NCBI GenBank assembly: GCA_963517295.1
Contig: CAUQFM010000002.1
Coordinates: 1,735 to 65,734, forward strand
Direction of reading: 5' to 3'
From: an uncultured Vagococcus sp.
GTDB taxonomy: Bacteria; Bacillota; Bacilli; Lactobacillales; Vagococcaceae
DNA length: 64,000 bases
Each line of letters begins with the position of its first letter. Position 1 is the first letter of the stretch. Positions 21,652-32,300 of this stretch are shown here, one piece after another. The notes beneath the pieces were generated by a model that saw only the letters and a program-made list of their open reading frames with translations, did no database searches and had not been told where the DNA came from. Both the position numbers and the translations under genes were made by a program.

Positions 21652-22365
21652 CTATTCTCCTCTTTCTTTTAATCGATTTAATATTTCTTGATACACTGGA
21701 ACAATTTCTCCTAAATCTTTACGGTAGATATCTTTGTCTAGGGACTGTCCTGTTTTTTGATCCCATAGACGACATGTATCTGGTGTAATTTCATCAGATA
21801 AAATAATCTCTCCTAATTCATCTTTACCAAACTCTAATTTAAAATCTACTAAGGTCACATCAATATTATTAAATATTTCTTGCAATTTTTGATTAATCAC
21901 TAACGCTTGCTCTTTAAGATTGGCAACTTCACTTTCATTAGCAATTTCTAAATACTTGATGTGATCTTCATTAATAAATGGATCATCTAGCGCATCATCT
22001 TTATAATAAAACTCAATAATTGGAAAAGGTAATTTGGTTCCTTCTACAACACCTAAACGTTTTGTAAAACTACCTGTTGCAATATTTCTTAAAACGACTT
22101 CTAAAGGAATAATTTCTACTTTTTTAACTAACTGCTCATTTTTTGAAATCTTTTCTAACCAATGATTTTTAACTCCTTTTTGTGTTAATGATGAAAAAAT
22201 GATAGAAGTAATTTCATTATTTAGTTCACCTTTCCCACTAATAGCATCTTTCTTTTTACCATTTAAAGCAGTTGCTTGATCAAGATATTCTAATCTCAAC
22301 ACATCAGTTTTTTTTGTAGAATGTACGTTTTTAGCTTTACCTTGATATAAAATAGTTGGAACCAC
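21652..22365 (-). CDS. purC: SAICAR synthetase
   Basis: LYQGKAKNV...IPLEVVLRNIATGS...LSDEITPDTCRLWD. GTG start 10 nt after AGGAGA. Confidence 0.93.
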   Translation of the reverse strand: MVPTILYQGKAKNVHSTKKTDVLRLEYLDQATALNGKKKDAISGKGELNNEITSIIFSSLTQKGVKNHWLEKISKNEQLVKKVEIIPLEVVLRNIATGSFTKRLGVVEGTKLPFPIIEFYYKDDALDDPFINEDHIKYLEIANESEVANLKEQALVINQKLQEIFNNIDVTLVDFKLEFGKDELGEIILSDEITPDTCRLWDQKTGQSLDKDIYRKDLGEIVPVYQEILNRLKERGE

Positions 22366-22434
22366 GCTTAATTCATCTCCTATTAATGATCGTTTTTAAA
22401 ATTTTACAACTTAAAGTTCGTTTAATTCATTTTG

Positions 22435-22463
22435 AGTGTATCAACCTTTAAATTAAGAGTCAA
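22435..22463 (-). promoter_or_regulatory. Candidate sigmaA promoter of purCSQLFMNHD
   Basis: Minus-strand TTGACT (22463-22458), 17 nt, TACACT (22440-22435); ~70 nt upstream of the purC start. Confidence 0.35.
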
Positions 22464-22497
22464 ACATTTACTAACTTTAAAACCATTATTTTTTATA

Positions 22498-22510
22498 ATC
22501 GTTCGTGTTT
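22498..22510 (-). promoter_or_regulatory. PurBox-like element upstream of the purC promoter
   Basis: Minus-strand AAACACGAACGAT compared with the PurR box AWWWCCGAACWWT: 10 of 13 match, including the CGAAC core. More ACGAA(T/C) cores at 22552-22556 and 22564-22568. Confidence 0.3.
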
Positions 22511-22578
22511 AACCTAAACAATCCTCTGAATATTATTTAAAATAAAAAATACGAATAAAAAAACGAACTAAGTACACT

Positions 22579-22621
22579 AAAAAAAGCCCTCAAACACAAA
22601 ATTAGGTTTGTGTTTGAAGGC
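22579..22621 (-). terminator. Intrinsic terminator after the 76-aa ORF
   Basis: 15-bp stem GCCTTCAAACACAAA (1 mismatch) followed by a T-run on the minus strand. Confidence 0.8.
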
Positions 22622-22626
22622 TTTTA

Positions 22627-22857
22627 CTAATTATTTTTTTCTCGTTTTCTTTGATTGTCTTCAGCGATCTTTTTCTGTTCACTCGCAATGTGACCTTTAT
22701 TATCAAACGCTGCTGAAATACTGTTTGCTTTGTTTATTCCACCAAGACCTGTATTTATCATTTGTCCCCAACCTTTAGTCGGATCTTTGCCTTTAGCACG
22801 TAATTTATCATTTTTTAGTCTTATTTTTTCTGATTTTAACAATTTTTTTTCAATCAT
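22627..22857 (-). CDS. Small lysine-rich hypothetical protein (76 aa) with its own promoter and terminator
   Basis: GGGAG SD 9 nt upstream of the ATG. Extended -10 (TGTTATAAT) lies 20 nt downstream of the purB stop. A strong intrinsic terminator follows at 22579-22621. No recognisable domain. Confidence 0.5.
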   Translation of the reverse strand: MIEKKLLKSEKIRLKNDKLRAKGKDPTKGWGQMINTGLGGINKANSISAAFDNKGHIASEQKKIAEDNQRKREKNN

Positions 22858-22884
22858 TGTTATCAGCTCCCATGCTTTTCATTA

Positions 22885-22893
22885 ATTATAACA
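22885..22893 (-). promoter_or_regulatory. Extended -10 promoter (TGTTATAAT) of the 76-aa ORF
   Basis: Perfect TGnTATAAT on the minus strand, 20 nt downstream of the purB stop and ~28 nt upstream of the ORF ATG. Confidence 0.55.
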
Positions 22894-22912
22894 TGAAAAT
22901 TAGAACTTTCGA

Positions 22913-24211
22913 CTATTCAGCTAAGCCAACTCTTTCAAAAATAACATCAACATTTTTTAAATGATAGTTATAATCAAAAGCATCCTCTATTTCTTCTGAT
23001 GTTAAAATAGATGTAATTTTTTCATCTTCTTCTAAAAGCGTTCTAAACTGAACTTGGTGATCCCAAGCATAGGCCGTTTTTGGTTGAACTAAATCATATG
23101 AGCCTTCACGTGACATCCCTTTATCAATCAATTTAAGTAACACACGTTGGCTATAAATCAAACCAAATGTCGCATTCATGTTACGTTTCATATTTTCTGG
23201 GAAGACCGTTAGATTTTTAATAATATTGCCAAAACGATTTAACATATAGTTTAAAAGAATCGTTGTGTCAGGAATAATAATACGCTCAGCTGACGAATGA
23301 GAAATATCTCTTTCATGCCATAATGCCACATTTTCATAAGCAGTTACCATATGACCACGAATCACACGAGCTAATCCTGTCATGTTTTCAGAGCCAATTG
23401 GGTTACGTTTATGTGGCATTGCTGATGAGCCTTTTTGACCTTTAGCAAAGAATTCTTCCACTTCACGTGTTTCAGATTTTTGAAGTCCACGAATTTCTGT
23501 GGCAAATTTTTCAATACTTGTGGCGATTAATGCCATTGACGATAAGTACTCAGCGTGTAAATCACGAGGTAAGACTTGTGTTGATATGTCTTGGGCACGT
23601 AAACCTAACTTTTCGCAAACATATTCTTCAACAAATGGTGGTGTATTAGCAAATGTTCCCACTGCACCACTGACTTTACCTGCCTCAACCGCCTTAGCAG
23701 CGTGTTCAAAACGCTCTACGTTACGCTTCATTTCTGAATACCATAAAGCAAGTTTTAAACCAAACGTTGTTGGTTCAGCATGCACACCGTGTGTTCTCCC
23801 CATCATCACTGTGTATTTATGTTCTTTGGCTTTTTCTCCGATAATTTCAGTAAAGTTAGCTAAATCTTTTCTTAAAATATCATTAGCTTGTTTTAAAAGA
23901 TACCCATAAGCTGTATCAACAACATCTGTACTCGTCAAACCATAATGAACCCACTTGCGTTCTTCACCTAAACTTTCAGAAACTGCTCTTGTAAAAGCAA
24001 CAACATCATGCCTAGTTTCTGCTTCGATTTCTAAAATACGATCAACATCAAAACTAGCATTTTCACGGATTTTAACCACATCTTCTTTAGGTATTTCTCC
24101 TAATTCAGCCCAAGCTTCATCCGCTAAAATTTCTACCTCTAACCAAGCTTGATAACGATTTTCATCTGTCCAAATTTTACCCATTTCTTCTCGCGTATAA
24201 CGTTCTAACAT
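22913..24211 (-). CDS. purB: Adenylosuccinate lyase
   Basis: [18 protein letters not shown] and [15 protein letters not shown] signature. Confidence 0.95.
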   Translation of the reverse strand: MLERYTREEMGKIWTDENRYQAWLEVEILADEAWAELGEIPKEDVVKIRENASFDVDRILEIEAETRHDVVAFTRAVSESLGEERKWVHYGLTSTDVVDTAYGYLLKQANDILRKDLANFTEIIGEKAKEHKYTVMMGRTHGVHAEPTTFGLKLALWYSEMKRNVERFEHAAKAVEAGKVSGAVGTFANTPPFVEEYVCEKLGLRAQDISTQVLPRDLHAEYLSSMALIATSIEKFATEIRGLQKSETREVEEFFAKGQKGSSAMPHKRNPIGSENMTGLARVIRGHMVTAYENVALWHERDISHSSAERIIIPDTTILLNYMLNRFGNIIKNLTVFPENMKRNMNATFGLIYSQRVLLKLIDKGMSREGSYDLVQPKTAYAWDHQVQFRTLLEEDEKITSILTSEEIEDAFDYNYHLKNVDVIFERVGLAE

Positions 24212-24224
24212 CGTCTTATCCTCT

Positions 24225-25358
24225 CTATTTCCAAATATTTGTTTGGTTGACTTCTTTTAAACTTCTATCAAGACTATTTGATAATATCGTAATATGGCCC
24301 ATTTTTCTACCATCTTTTACTTCTTTTTTTCCATAATAATGAAAATACCACTCTGGTTTTTGACTAATCCACTCTTTTGCACGGTTTGCTTCTTCACCTA
24401 GTAAGTTCATCATAATTGATGGTTGATGTAAAACAACTTTAGGCAGTGGCCAACCACAAATCCCTCTAATATGTAAATCAAACTGGCTCACATTACATGC
24501 TTCAATAGAGTAATGACCTGAATTATGTGGCCTTGGCGCCATTTCATTAACAACTAAACCACCATGTTTTGTCACAAACATCTCAATCGTAATTGTTCCT
24601 CTAATTCGTAGATTAGAAGCGATTTTTTTTGCCATCTCTTTTGCCTGATTTTCACAATCTCTCATTATATTCGCCGGAATAATAGATGTATGTAACACAT
24701 TTTTCTGATGTCTATTTTCAGCAATTGGAAATACTTCAAACTGATCATTAGAACTGCCTGAAACAATCACCGAAATTTCCTTTTCAAAAGAAAGCCATTT
24801 TTCAAGAACACACTCACCTATATTTAATAATTCTGAGGCAGATTTTATATCATTTTCACTTCTAAGTACAACTTGCCCTTTCCCATCGTATCCACCTGAA
24901 CAGGTTTTTAAAACTGACGGGTAGCCAATCATTTTAAGTTCTGTTATTAATTCTTCTAGTTCGTTAACAATCGCATAAGGAGCTGTTGGTAAATTCAACT
25001 GCGTTAGAAATGATTTTTCATGTTTACGATTTTGACTAATTTTAAGTAAATCCAATCCTTGTGGTAATTTACCTAAGGCTGCACATTCTTTTAACACTTC
25101 TGCATCTACATTTTCGAATTCATACGTTACAACATCTGACTTAGCTACCAATTCTTTAATCGCTTCTGGATTATCGTATGAGGCTTCAATGTGCCAATCA
25201 GCTACTTGTGAGGCTGGACAATTTGGTGTTGGGTCTAAAATACCAACTGCAAAGCCCATTTCCTTAGCGCTCAATGCCATCATTTGACCTAATTGTCCAC
25301 CGCCAATGATGCCAATCGTTTCTTGTGGTAAAATAATTTCAGTCAAAATGAACCTCAC
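24225..25358 (-). CDS. purK: N5-carboxyaminoimidazole ribonucleotide synthase
   Basis: [13 protein letters not shown] plus ATP-grasp core. Start could instead be TTG 25346 (GAGG SD 5 nt upstream), overlapping the purE stop. Confidence 0.92.
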   Translation of the reverse strand: MRFILTEIILPQETIGIIGGGQLGQMMALSAKEMGFAVGILDPTPNCPASQVADWHIEASYDNPEAIKELVAKSDVVTYEFENVDAEVLKECAALGKLPQGLDLLKISQNRKHEKSFLTQLNLPTAPYAIVNELEELITELKMIGYPSVLKTCSGGYDGKGQVVLRSENDIKSASELLNIGECVLEKWLSFEKEISVIVSGSSNDQFEVFPIAENRHQKNVLHTSIIPANIMRDCENQAKEMAKKIASNLRIRGTITIEMFVTKHGGLVVNEMAPRPHNSGHYSIEACNVSQFDLHIRGICGWPLPKVVLHQPSIMMNLLGEEANRAKEWISQKPEWYFHYYGKKEVKDGRKMGHITILSNSLDRSLKEVNQTNIWK

Positions 25359-25824
25359 TTTCGATTACCATCTCTTTTAATTTATCACGATAATCATCTA
25401 GTTTAACTTCTAATTCTCTATTATTAACTGATAAAATTTGGGTAGCAAGTAAGCCAGCATTTTTAGCACCAGCCTTACCAATTGCTGTAGTTGCCACGGG
25501 AATTCCACCTGGCATTTGAACAATAGATAGTAACGAATCCATTCCTTTTAATGTTTTTGATTCCACGGGGACACCAATAACTGGTAACGTTGTTTTAGCT
25601 GCAACCATGCCTGGTAAATGTGCCGCACCTCCCGCACCTGCAATGATTATCTTAATTCCTCTTTTTCTTGCATTTTCTGAAAAGTCGAACATTAAGTCTG
25701 GTGTTCGATGAGCTGATATAATCTTTTTTTCATATGAAACGCCAAACGCTTCTAAAATTTGACACGCCTCTTTCATTGTTTCCCAATCGGAAATACTTCC
25801 CATTATGACAGATACATCAACCAT
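25339..25824 (-). CDS. purE: N5-CAIR mutase
   Basis: VIMGSISDW...SAHRTPD...[13 protein letters not shown]. Confidence 0.95.
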   Translation of the reverse strand: MVDVSVIMGSISDWETMKEACQILEAFGVSYEKKIISAHRTPDLMFDFSENARKRGIKIIIAGAGGAAHLPGMVAAKTTLPVIGVPVESKTLKGMDSLLSIVQMPGGIPVATTAIGKAGAKNAGLLATQILSVNNRELEVKLDDYRDKLKEMVIESEVHFD

Positions 25825-25851
25825 TAGAATATGACCCCTTTCATTTCTTTC

Positions 25852-25880
25852 ATTCTAGCAAGTGAGTTGAAAAGGGTCAA
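25852..25880 (-). promoter_or_regulatory. Candidate sigmaA promoter of purEKB
   Basis: Minus-strand TTGACC (25880-25875), 17 nt, TAGAAT (25857-25852), ~28 nt upstream of the purE ATG. A PurBox-like ATAAACGAATTTA lies at 25884-25896. Confidence 0.6.
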
Positions 25881-25912
25881 CCAATAAACGAATTTAATTC
25901 TTATTTTTAATT

Positions 25913-27307
25913 TTATAGTTCGTCTTTTATCTCTTTTAAAAATAAATTATAGCTATTTTCGTATTTCAAATGATTTTCTAAACTTGTAAATATCCGTCTT
26001 TGATCTGCAATAATTGATTTTTCAGGAGGGTCCATTAAACAAATCAAACCAAAACTTGGTTCAGAAAAAACAGACTGGATACAATTTTTGCCAAAAATAT
26101 CTGCAGCAAGTGTCGCTAAACTTGGTGAATCAAAAAAACCACCACTAATTGATATTTCTCTTGCATCCAGATTGATCAAGTCACTGATATAGCGCAAATT
26201 AAATAAAATTCCTTCGCTCAAACTTCTAAGTAAATCTTCCCTTTTATTATGGATCGATACATTCTTAAAACTACCCGTAGCCTCCGCATTCCACAAAGGA
26301 GCTCTTTCACCAGCAATATAAGGTAAAAATAAAGCACCATTACTTCCAATTGGCGATAACTTAAAAATTTGATCAAGTTCATCATAAATTGACTGATTTG
26401 GATAAAAAATATTACTCGCCCACTCAAGAACCTGACCTCCGTTATTACTAGCTCCACCAACTACCCAATACTCTTTATTCAAGTAGTAGCAAAATGTCTT
26501 TCCTTCTTTATCAAGCTCAATTTTTTTGGTTAATTTTCTCACAGCGCCACTTGTACCTACCGTTAGAGTATTCATCGTTCCATTACCTAAGTAACTCGCA
26601 TAACTGGCTAAGCAGCCATCACAAGCACCAATATAAACTAAAACATCACGAGATATACACAGCTCATCAGCTAATTCTTTTCTGATAACGTAATGAGCAT
26701 CCGTATCGACAAGTTCTGCTAATTTATATTTTTCTATTTCAAGGTATTCAAGAATTTCTTCATCCCATTTTTTTTCATGAATATTGAATAGTCCTGTAGT
26801 GGATGCTGTGGAATAATCAATCACTTCTTGACCAGTAAAAGCAACCATCAAGTATTCTTTTAATCCAAGCCATTTTTTTACCTCTTTAAACCAAGTTTTC
26901 TTTCTCATAGAAGCTATTTTTGAAAAAGGGGACATCTCATGAATGGGTGTTCCTGTTTTTTGATAAAAAAGATTGGCCTGTTCTTCTTTTTTGAATTCTT
27001 TAACAAAGGAACTGGCTTGTGTATCTAACCAAATGAGCATTTCTTCATCATACAACGTATCCGTTACAGGCATAATACTGTGCATAGCGGTACTAAAACT
27101 AAGGTGTTCTATATCCATTCCTTTTTCACTGAACTTTTTGATGCCTCTTTTAATGTGTTCTAAAATTTTAGCTGGATTTTGAAAGACCTTTCCACATGCT
27201 TTATGTTGTGTTTCAATTCTAATTTCAGTTTTATCTATTAATTGGTATTTTTCAAATAAACTAAGTTTTATGTTGGTTGTTCCAACATCAACGGCTAATC
27301 GATACAT
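25913..27307 (-). CDS. FGGY-family carbohydrate kinase (gluconokinase-like)
   Basis: LAVDVGTTNIK N-terminus (ASKHA phosphate-1), FSTAMHS and GGASNNGG motifs resembling GntK. Substrate cannot be assigned. Confidence 0.8.
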   Translation of the reverse strand: MYRLAVDVGTTNIKLSLFEKYQLIDKTEIRIETQHKACGKVFQNPAKILEHIKRGIKKFSEKGMDIEHLSFSTAMHSIMPVTDTLYDEEMLIWLDTQASSFVKEFKKEEQANLFYQKTGTPIHEMSPFSKIASMRKKTWFKEVKKWLGLKEYLMVAFTGQEVIDYSTASTTGLFNIHEKKWDEEILEYLEIEKYKLAELVDTDAHYVIRKELADELCISRDVLVYIGACDGCLASYASYLGNGTMNTLTVGTSGAVRKLTKKIELDKEGKTFCYYLNKEYWVVGGASNNGGQVLEWASNIFYPNQSIYDELDQIFKLSPIGSNGALFLPYIAGERAPLWNAEATGSFKNVSIHNKREDLLRSLSEGILFNLRYISDLINLDAREISISGGFFDSPSLATLAADIFGKNCIQSVFSEPSFGLICLMDPPEKSIIADQRRIFTSLENHLKYENSYNLFLKEIKDEL

Positions 27308-27389
27308 CTTTTATCGTCCACCTTTTTATAAGTTTCTTTTCACTATATTTTACCATTTATTATATCTTTTCCAAAATGAGACGAAACAA

Positions 27390-27433
27390 TAAAAAAGCAT
27401 TAAAACATAAAGGTATCATGTTTTAATGCTTTA
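27390..27433 (-). terminator. Intrinsic terminator after the hydrolase / DMT-pair operon
   Basis: Perfect 13-bp stem AGCATTAAAACAT with a T-run on the minus strand. Confidence 0.8.
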
Positions 27434-27456
27434 TTCATCGAAGCGTTTTGATTTAA

Positions 27457-27804
27457 TTACTGACTAATAATGACAACACCAATCATAATCAAACCAACTG
27501 AAACTAATTTTAAGGGTGTAATTTTTTCTTTAAACGTAAAATATGAAATAAAAACAGTCCAGACATATGTTAAAGACGTCATTGGAAAAGCAATAGAATA
27601 ATCTAAAAATTTAAATAAAACAATATTAGTTGCCGCACTGACAATGTATAAAAAACAACCAATAAGTAACCATTTATTCGTAATTGATTTGATAAATGTT
27701 ACTTCAGCTAGTTCATTCATGCCTTGTTTTAAAGATAATGCACCAATACTACCTGAAAGAGTTGTGACAATCAGAATGAGGATTATTTTAACCATATCAG
27801 TCAT
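27457..27804 (-). CDS. Half-size (4-TM) DMT/EamA-like membrane protein, subunit B
   Basis: Four hydrophobic helices. ATG 27804 lies 8 nt after AAGGAGG and overlaps the upstream stop (ATGACTGA), so it is preferred over ORF-track 27822. Confidence 0.6.
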   Translation of the reverse strand: MTDMVKIILILIVTTLSGSIGALSLKQGMNELAEVTFIKSITNKWLLIGCFLYIVSAATNIVLFKFLDYSIAFPMTSLTYVWTVFISYFTFKEKITPLKLVSVGLIMIGVVIISQ

Positions 27805-28159
27805 TATCTTTTCCTCCTTCATATCCTAAGAGAGCTGAGCCACCAATAATAAAAAGAGTACCAATAATTTTCATTGTTGTGATTCCCTCATTTAAAAACA
27901 TAGCACCAAAAACAATAGATAAAGCAAAGCCAACACTCATCATTGGTTGTAAAATTGAAACTTCTCCAAATCTAAATGAGATCATTAAAACAACCATGCC
28001 AACACCTGCGGCAATTAAACCAACAATATACATTAAAATAGCAAATTTTGAATTTGTGGCATCCGCACCAAATTTCCACGCTAACTGCCCCAAACTACTC
28101 ATCGTTGCTGCAACTAAAATTAGAAGCATTGCTAACTTCATATTCTTTTTATTTTCCAT
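27797..28159 (-). CDS. Half-size (4-TM) DMT/EamA-like membrane protein, subunit A
   Basis: 120 aa with four helices. GGAGA SD. Start is 2 nt after the hydrolase stop. Confidence 0.6.
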   Translation of the reverse strand: MENKKNMKLAMLLILVAATMSSLGQLAWKFGADATNSKFAILMYIVGLIAAGVGMVVLMISFRFGEVSILQPMMSVGFALSIVFGAMFLNEGITTMKIIGTLFIIGGSALLGYEGGKDND

Positions 28160-28160
28160 G

Positions 28161-29135
28161 CTAATCTCCTTTTGTTAAATTCTCATTAATAAAATTCAAA
28201 ACGGTTTCAAAATATTTTTCTTCTTCATAAACCCATGAACATAAATGAGGAGCATCTTCTACTAATACTAATTCTTTAACGCCTGTAGTCGCTTCCATAT
28301 TTTTATAGACCATTTCGTGGGGAACAAATTTATCTTTAGTTCCGTGGAAAAATAATATCGGTAACTTATTTTTTTTAAGTTGTTCAACACTAGATGCTTC
28401 TTTTAAAGTAAAACCTAATTTAGATTTAGCAAGATAATTAGCAAAAAATAAAATAGGGGTTGCTGGTAATTTTAGTGCTGAGGACAACAGATATGAAAAC
28501 TCATCATATACATTAATATAGCCACAATCAGCAATTAAAACTTTTACCTGTTCAGGTAATTGATCGCCACTTGTCATCATGACTGTAGCTGCACCCATTG
28601 AGCCACCAAATAAAACAATTTCAGCCTCTGGATGATGGCTAATAATTTTATCAATCCAAGCTTTTACATTTTCTTTTTCCAGCCAACCCATTCCGATTTC
28701 ATTACCAGTACTCTTTCCATGACTTTGTAAATCTGGTACTAAGACATTAAATCCAGCTTCATTTAAAACTTTTGCGGGATAAGACATATCTCTTTTACCA
28801 GAAGAACGATAACCATGTACAGCTATAATCCATTTATCAGTTGTCGGTACTGCCTTAAACACTCTAGCACATAGCGTTTCATTTTTCCATGGCATAAAGA
28901 TTTCTTCAGTTGCTTCTTCTTCCCAAAAATGATGTCCTTCTTCATTTTGTCTGTCTTCAGTCTCTGTGTAAACTGTTTTTTCTTTACTAAAATTATCTGG
29001 ATTGAATAAAGCATGTCCCTTTTTAGCAAACCAGGTTGAATCTTTAAAAAAAGCCACATTTACAAAAAAATTAGCTCCATAAATACAAATACTGATTAAG
29101 ATTATAAAAATAATTCCAACGACCCAAACTAACAT
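28161..29135 (-). CDS. Membrane-anchored alpha/beta-fold hydrolase
   Basis: N-terminal TM helix, HGYRSSG oxyanion region, nucleophile elbow GGSMGA, late HGTKDKFVP. ATG 29135 (7 nt after AAGGAA) is preferred over TTG 29153. Confidence 0.75.
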   Translation of the reverse strand: MLVWVVGIIFIILISICIYGANFFVNVAFFKDSTWFAKKGHALFNPDNFSKEKTVYTETEDRQNEEGHHFWEEEATEEIFMPWKNETLCARVFKAVPTTDKWIIAVHGYRSSGKRDMSYPAKVLNEAGFNVLVPDLQSHGKSTGNEIGMGWLEKENVKAWIDKIISHHPEAEIVLFGGSMGAATVMMTSGDQLPEQVKVLIADCGYINVYDEFSYLLSSALKLPATPILFFANYLAKSKLGFTLKEASSVEQLKKNKLPILFFHGTKDKFVPHEMVYKNMEATTGVKELVLVEDAPHLCSWVYEEEKYFETVLNFINENLTKGD

Positions 29136-29274
29136 CTCATCATTCCTTATCAATTTTTTATTATGTATGTTTATTTTAACATTAAACCAGACAAATATCT
29201 GTTATATTTGTTAAGTATCAGTAGATTTTTTTAAATTCAAAAAATGAAAGATCCCTTTAGTCCAACTAAATTTA

Positions 29275-29333
29275 AACAAAAAAAACAGATCATTTACCTC
29301 ATTATTTGATATGAGACATATGACCTGTTTTTT
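29275..29333 (-). terminator. Intrinsic terminator after the STAND regulator gene
   Basis: ACAGGTCAT...ATGATCTGT outer stem plus CTCAT/ATGAG inner stem, then T6. Confidence 0.6.
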
Positions 29334-29335
29334 AT

Positions 29336-32300
29336 TTACAAAATACCTTTTAAGAAATTAATTTCATAGGCATCTTGATATTGATTTAAGTGATTTAAAG
29401 CATCCATTGCATATGATTCTGAATCACGTGACAACCAATTTTGCCAATCCGATAACTTCTCTCCTTGGGCAACTAACTCTTTACTCACAACGGATTTACC
29501 AAATTCAACAATTCCGATATCCCTATTATTACCCATTCGTTCAGCAAATTCTTTTCCCTTGTCTAAATAATATTTAACTTCATCATAATCTTTTTCTTGT
29601 AAATAGACTAAAGACATATACGCATCTAGCCGAGGTCTTTTCCAAAACGTACGGAGTTCTTCATAAATAGCTCGAGATTTCAATAATAAACTTTTAGCTT
29701 TTTCTAGCTTTCCCTGTGCAAAACAAGCGGCTCCTGCATTAGTATAAAAAACAGACAAACTAGATAGTGTATTTTTTTCTTCGCATAACTCAATTGATTT
29801 TAAAAACATTTCATAAGCTTCACTGTAATTATTTTCATTGAATCTGATTTCACCCAAATAGTTGTAGGCTGCTGCAATATTGACTGCATACTTCTTAGCA
29901 ATCTCATCTGTTAGCATAAAAGTGTTTATAGATTCCCGTAGTAATTTTTCAGCAATCAAATTATTGCCACTCATGATTTGATATAATCCTTTAAGTCTTA
30001 ATAAAACACCAATGGATTGATGATTATTTTCTTTAATTGATAAATCTAAGGCTAACTCAATGTAACCAATCATTTTTTCAGGCTCATCAATTTGAATATA
30101 GTAATAAATCATTTGCTTATATCCTGATAAAAGGTAGTTACTGTCTTTTAAATCTTTTGATTGATTTATGACTTGTTCAATATCTTGAACGCCTTTTTTA
30201 TATTCGCCATATTTGATTAGATAACGACCTTCTAGATATAAAAATTGTCGTGTTAATTGTTCAAACATTTCTTGCCCTTGATATTGAACTTTCAATAATT
30301 CTAAAGAGTTTTGAATTTTATCAAATTGTTTAAATACTTTTTCTTGACTAAATGTCAGCTCTTCCTTAAATGTGCCTTGAGCTTCTATATCAATTGGGAA
30401 AAGCTCATGATAAAAGCCTAAATATTTTTCAAGATACATCAATTTATATTTCAATGCTTTTAAATCATCTTTTCCTTTTTTATAATGATAAGAAATATTA
30501 TCGTAAAGTAAATTATCCACACAATTTATATCAATCTTACTTTCCAAGTAATGAGCAATTTTTTTATGAATAATACTTTTTTTACCAATAGATTGATTCA
30601 TATAAATAAATTCTCTTAATTTAATATGTGTGAATGTTGTTCCCATTTCACCATTTATATCTAATTCTTTCAGGATATTTTTCTTAACTAAACTTTCAAT
30701 CATATTAACAATGACTAAACTATCCATACCTAATATTTCTACTAAATCATCCAACAAAGCATAATCATAAAAGTAAGAAACAATATTAACAATCTCTTGT
30801 TCTTCTTCAGTTAAATATAAAAACCTATTTTTAAGCGCATCTTTCATTTTAACTGTCATCGTATTTAAGTTCGAATTGCTTTGAAGTAAACTGACATATT
30901 CTATTAAGAAAAACAAATTCCCTTCGGTATGTTTATAAACGTTCTCAACTAAATGATCTGTCACATGGCTATTATCTAATTTTTTTAAGATAAACTCATT
31001 TGTTTCTTGATACGTAAAGGGACTCAATTTAACCGTTTCCAGTAGAGAACACTGAATTAAATTATTCAAAAAGAAGTCTAGTTCTGCACGATTTGCTTTT
31101 CTGGAGGTCATTAAGAAGATGGCATTTTTACTTACATGCATCATGACGTTTGTTAATAAATCCAAACTACTTGAGTCCATCCACTGAATATCTTCAATAG
31201 ATATTAATAATTTTTTTTCTTTAGAAATTCGATTGATGGTATCAATCAAAACATCTGATAAAACATTTAAATTAACCGATGATTCTCGTTCTACTAATTT
31301 TGCTCCAGCCAAATGCGCTTCAACATTGGGAAATATTTTTGAAATAGCTTCTTCCCAAATTTCTGGATCTATTTGCTTATTTTCTTTAATAATCATTGAT
31401 AAATTATCAATAATTTTTTTCCAAGGTCTGAAAGAATATTTTTCTTCCACTTGATAACACTGTGTTTCAATAATGGTCACTTCATTTTGAATATTATCCA
31501 AAACAACGTTAGCTAGAGCACTCTTTCCAATCCCAGCTTCCCCACTAATCACCATTGATAAAAAAGAATGACTATTTTTAAAAGAAGTTAGTTGTGTTTC
31601 AATTTGTTTTAATTCCTCAAAACGACCATAAAAAAGAGAATTAAATCGTTGTTTTCCTTGATTATTATGATTATTTAAACGTTCTAATGAATCTTCATAT
31701 ATTTTTTTTGTTTGCTTATTAGGTGTAATTCCTAACTCTATTTTTAAAGTATTTGATAAATTATAGTACATTTCAACTACTTTACCATCTCTTTGATTGG
31801 TTTGGTAAAACTTCATTAATAATTGATAATTAGATTCGTTAAATTCATCAATATGAATCAATTGATACACATTTTTTTCAACGTTATCTAAATCCCCATT
31901 TTCAATATCTTGCTCAATTTTTTTCAAACATTCTTGCAAAAATTTTTTCTCATAAAAACTGCGCATTTTTACAACCCAAATTTCAAATCCTTCACAATCC
32001 TTTAAGAAAAAACCTTTTAAAAATCCATCTGTATATAAGGATAAATTTTCTTGCGTTTCTTTCATAAAACTATCTACATCAATCTCTATATCAATCGTTT
32101 TATTTAATACGAGCAATGCCTTATTCGGAGAACTAATTACCTCCACACCTAACATTTTATTTGCCTGATAGATAGCATTTCTTAAATTCTTTTTGGCACT
32201 TAGATCACTTTTATCTGGCCAGAGTAAACCTGCAACTTCATCTCTACTTGCCGATTTAGTTACTAATAAGTAATAAAGTAAGGCATCAATTTTAGAAAAA

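Noticed and set aside
25833-25878. 10-bp hairpin whose 3' arm contains the purE SD (possible RBS-sequestering riboswitch)
   Set aside because: The 5' arm coincides with the -35 hexamer of a very good TTGACC-17-TAGAAT promoter. It would therefore not be in the purE transcript. The leader is too short for a ZTP, PRPP or purine aptamer.
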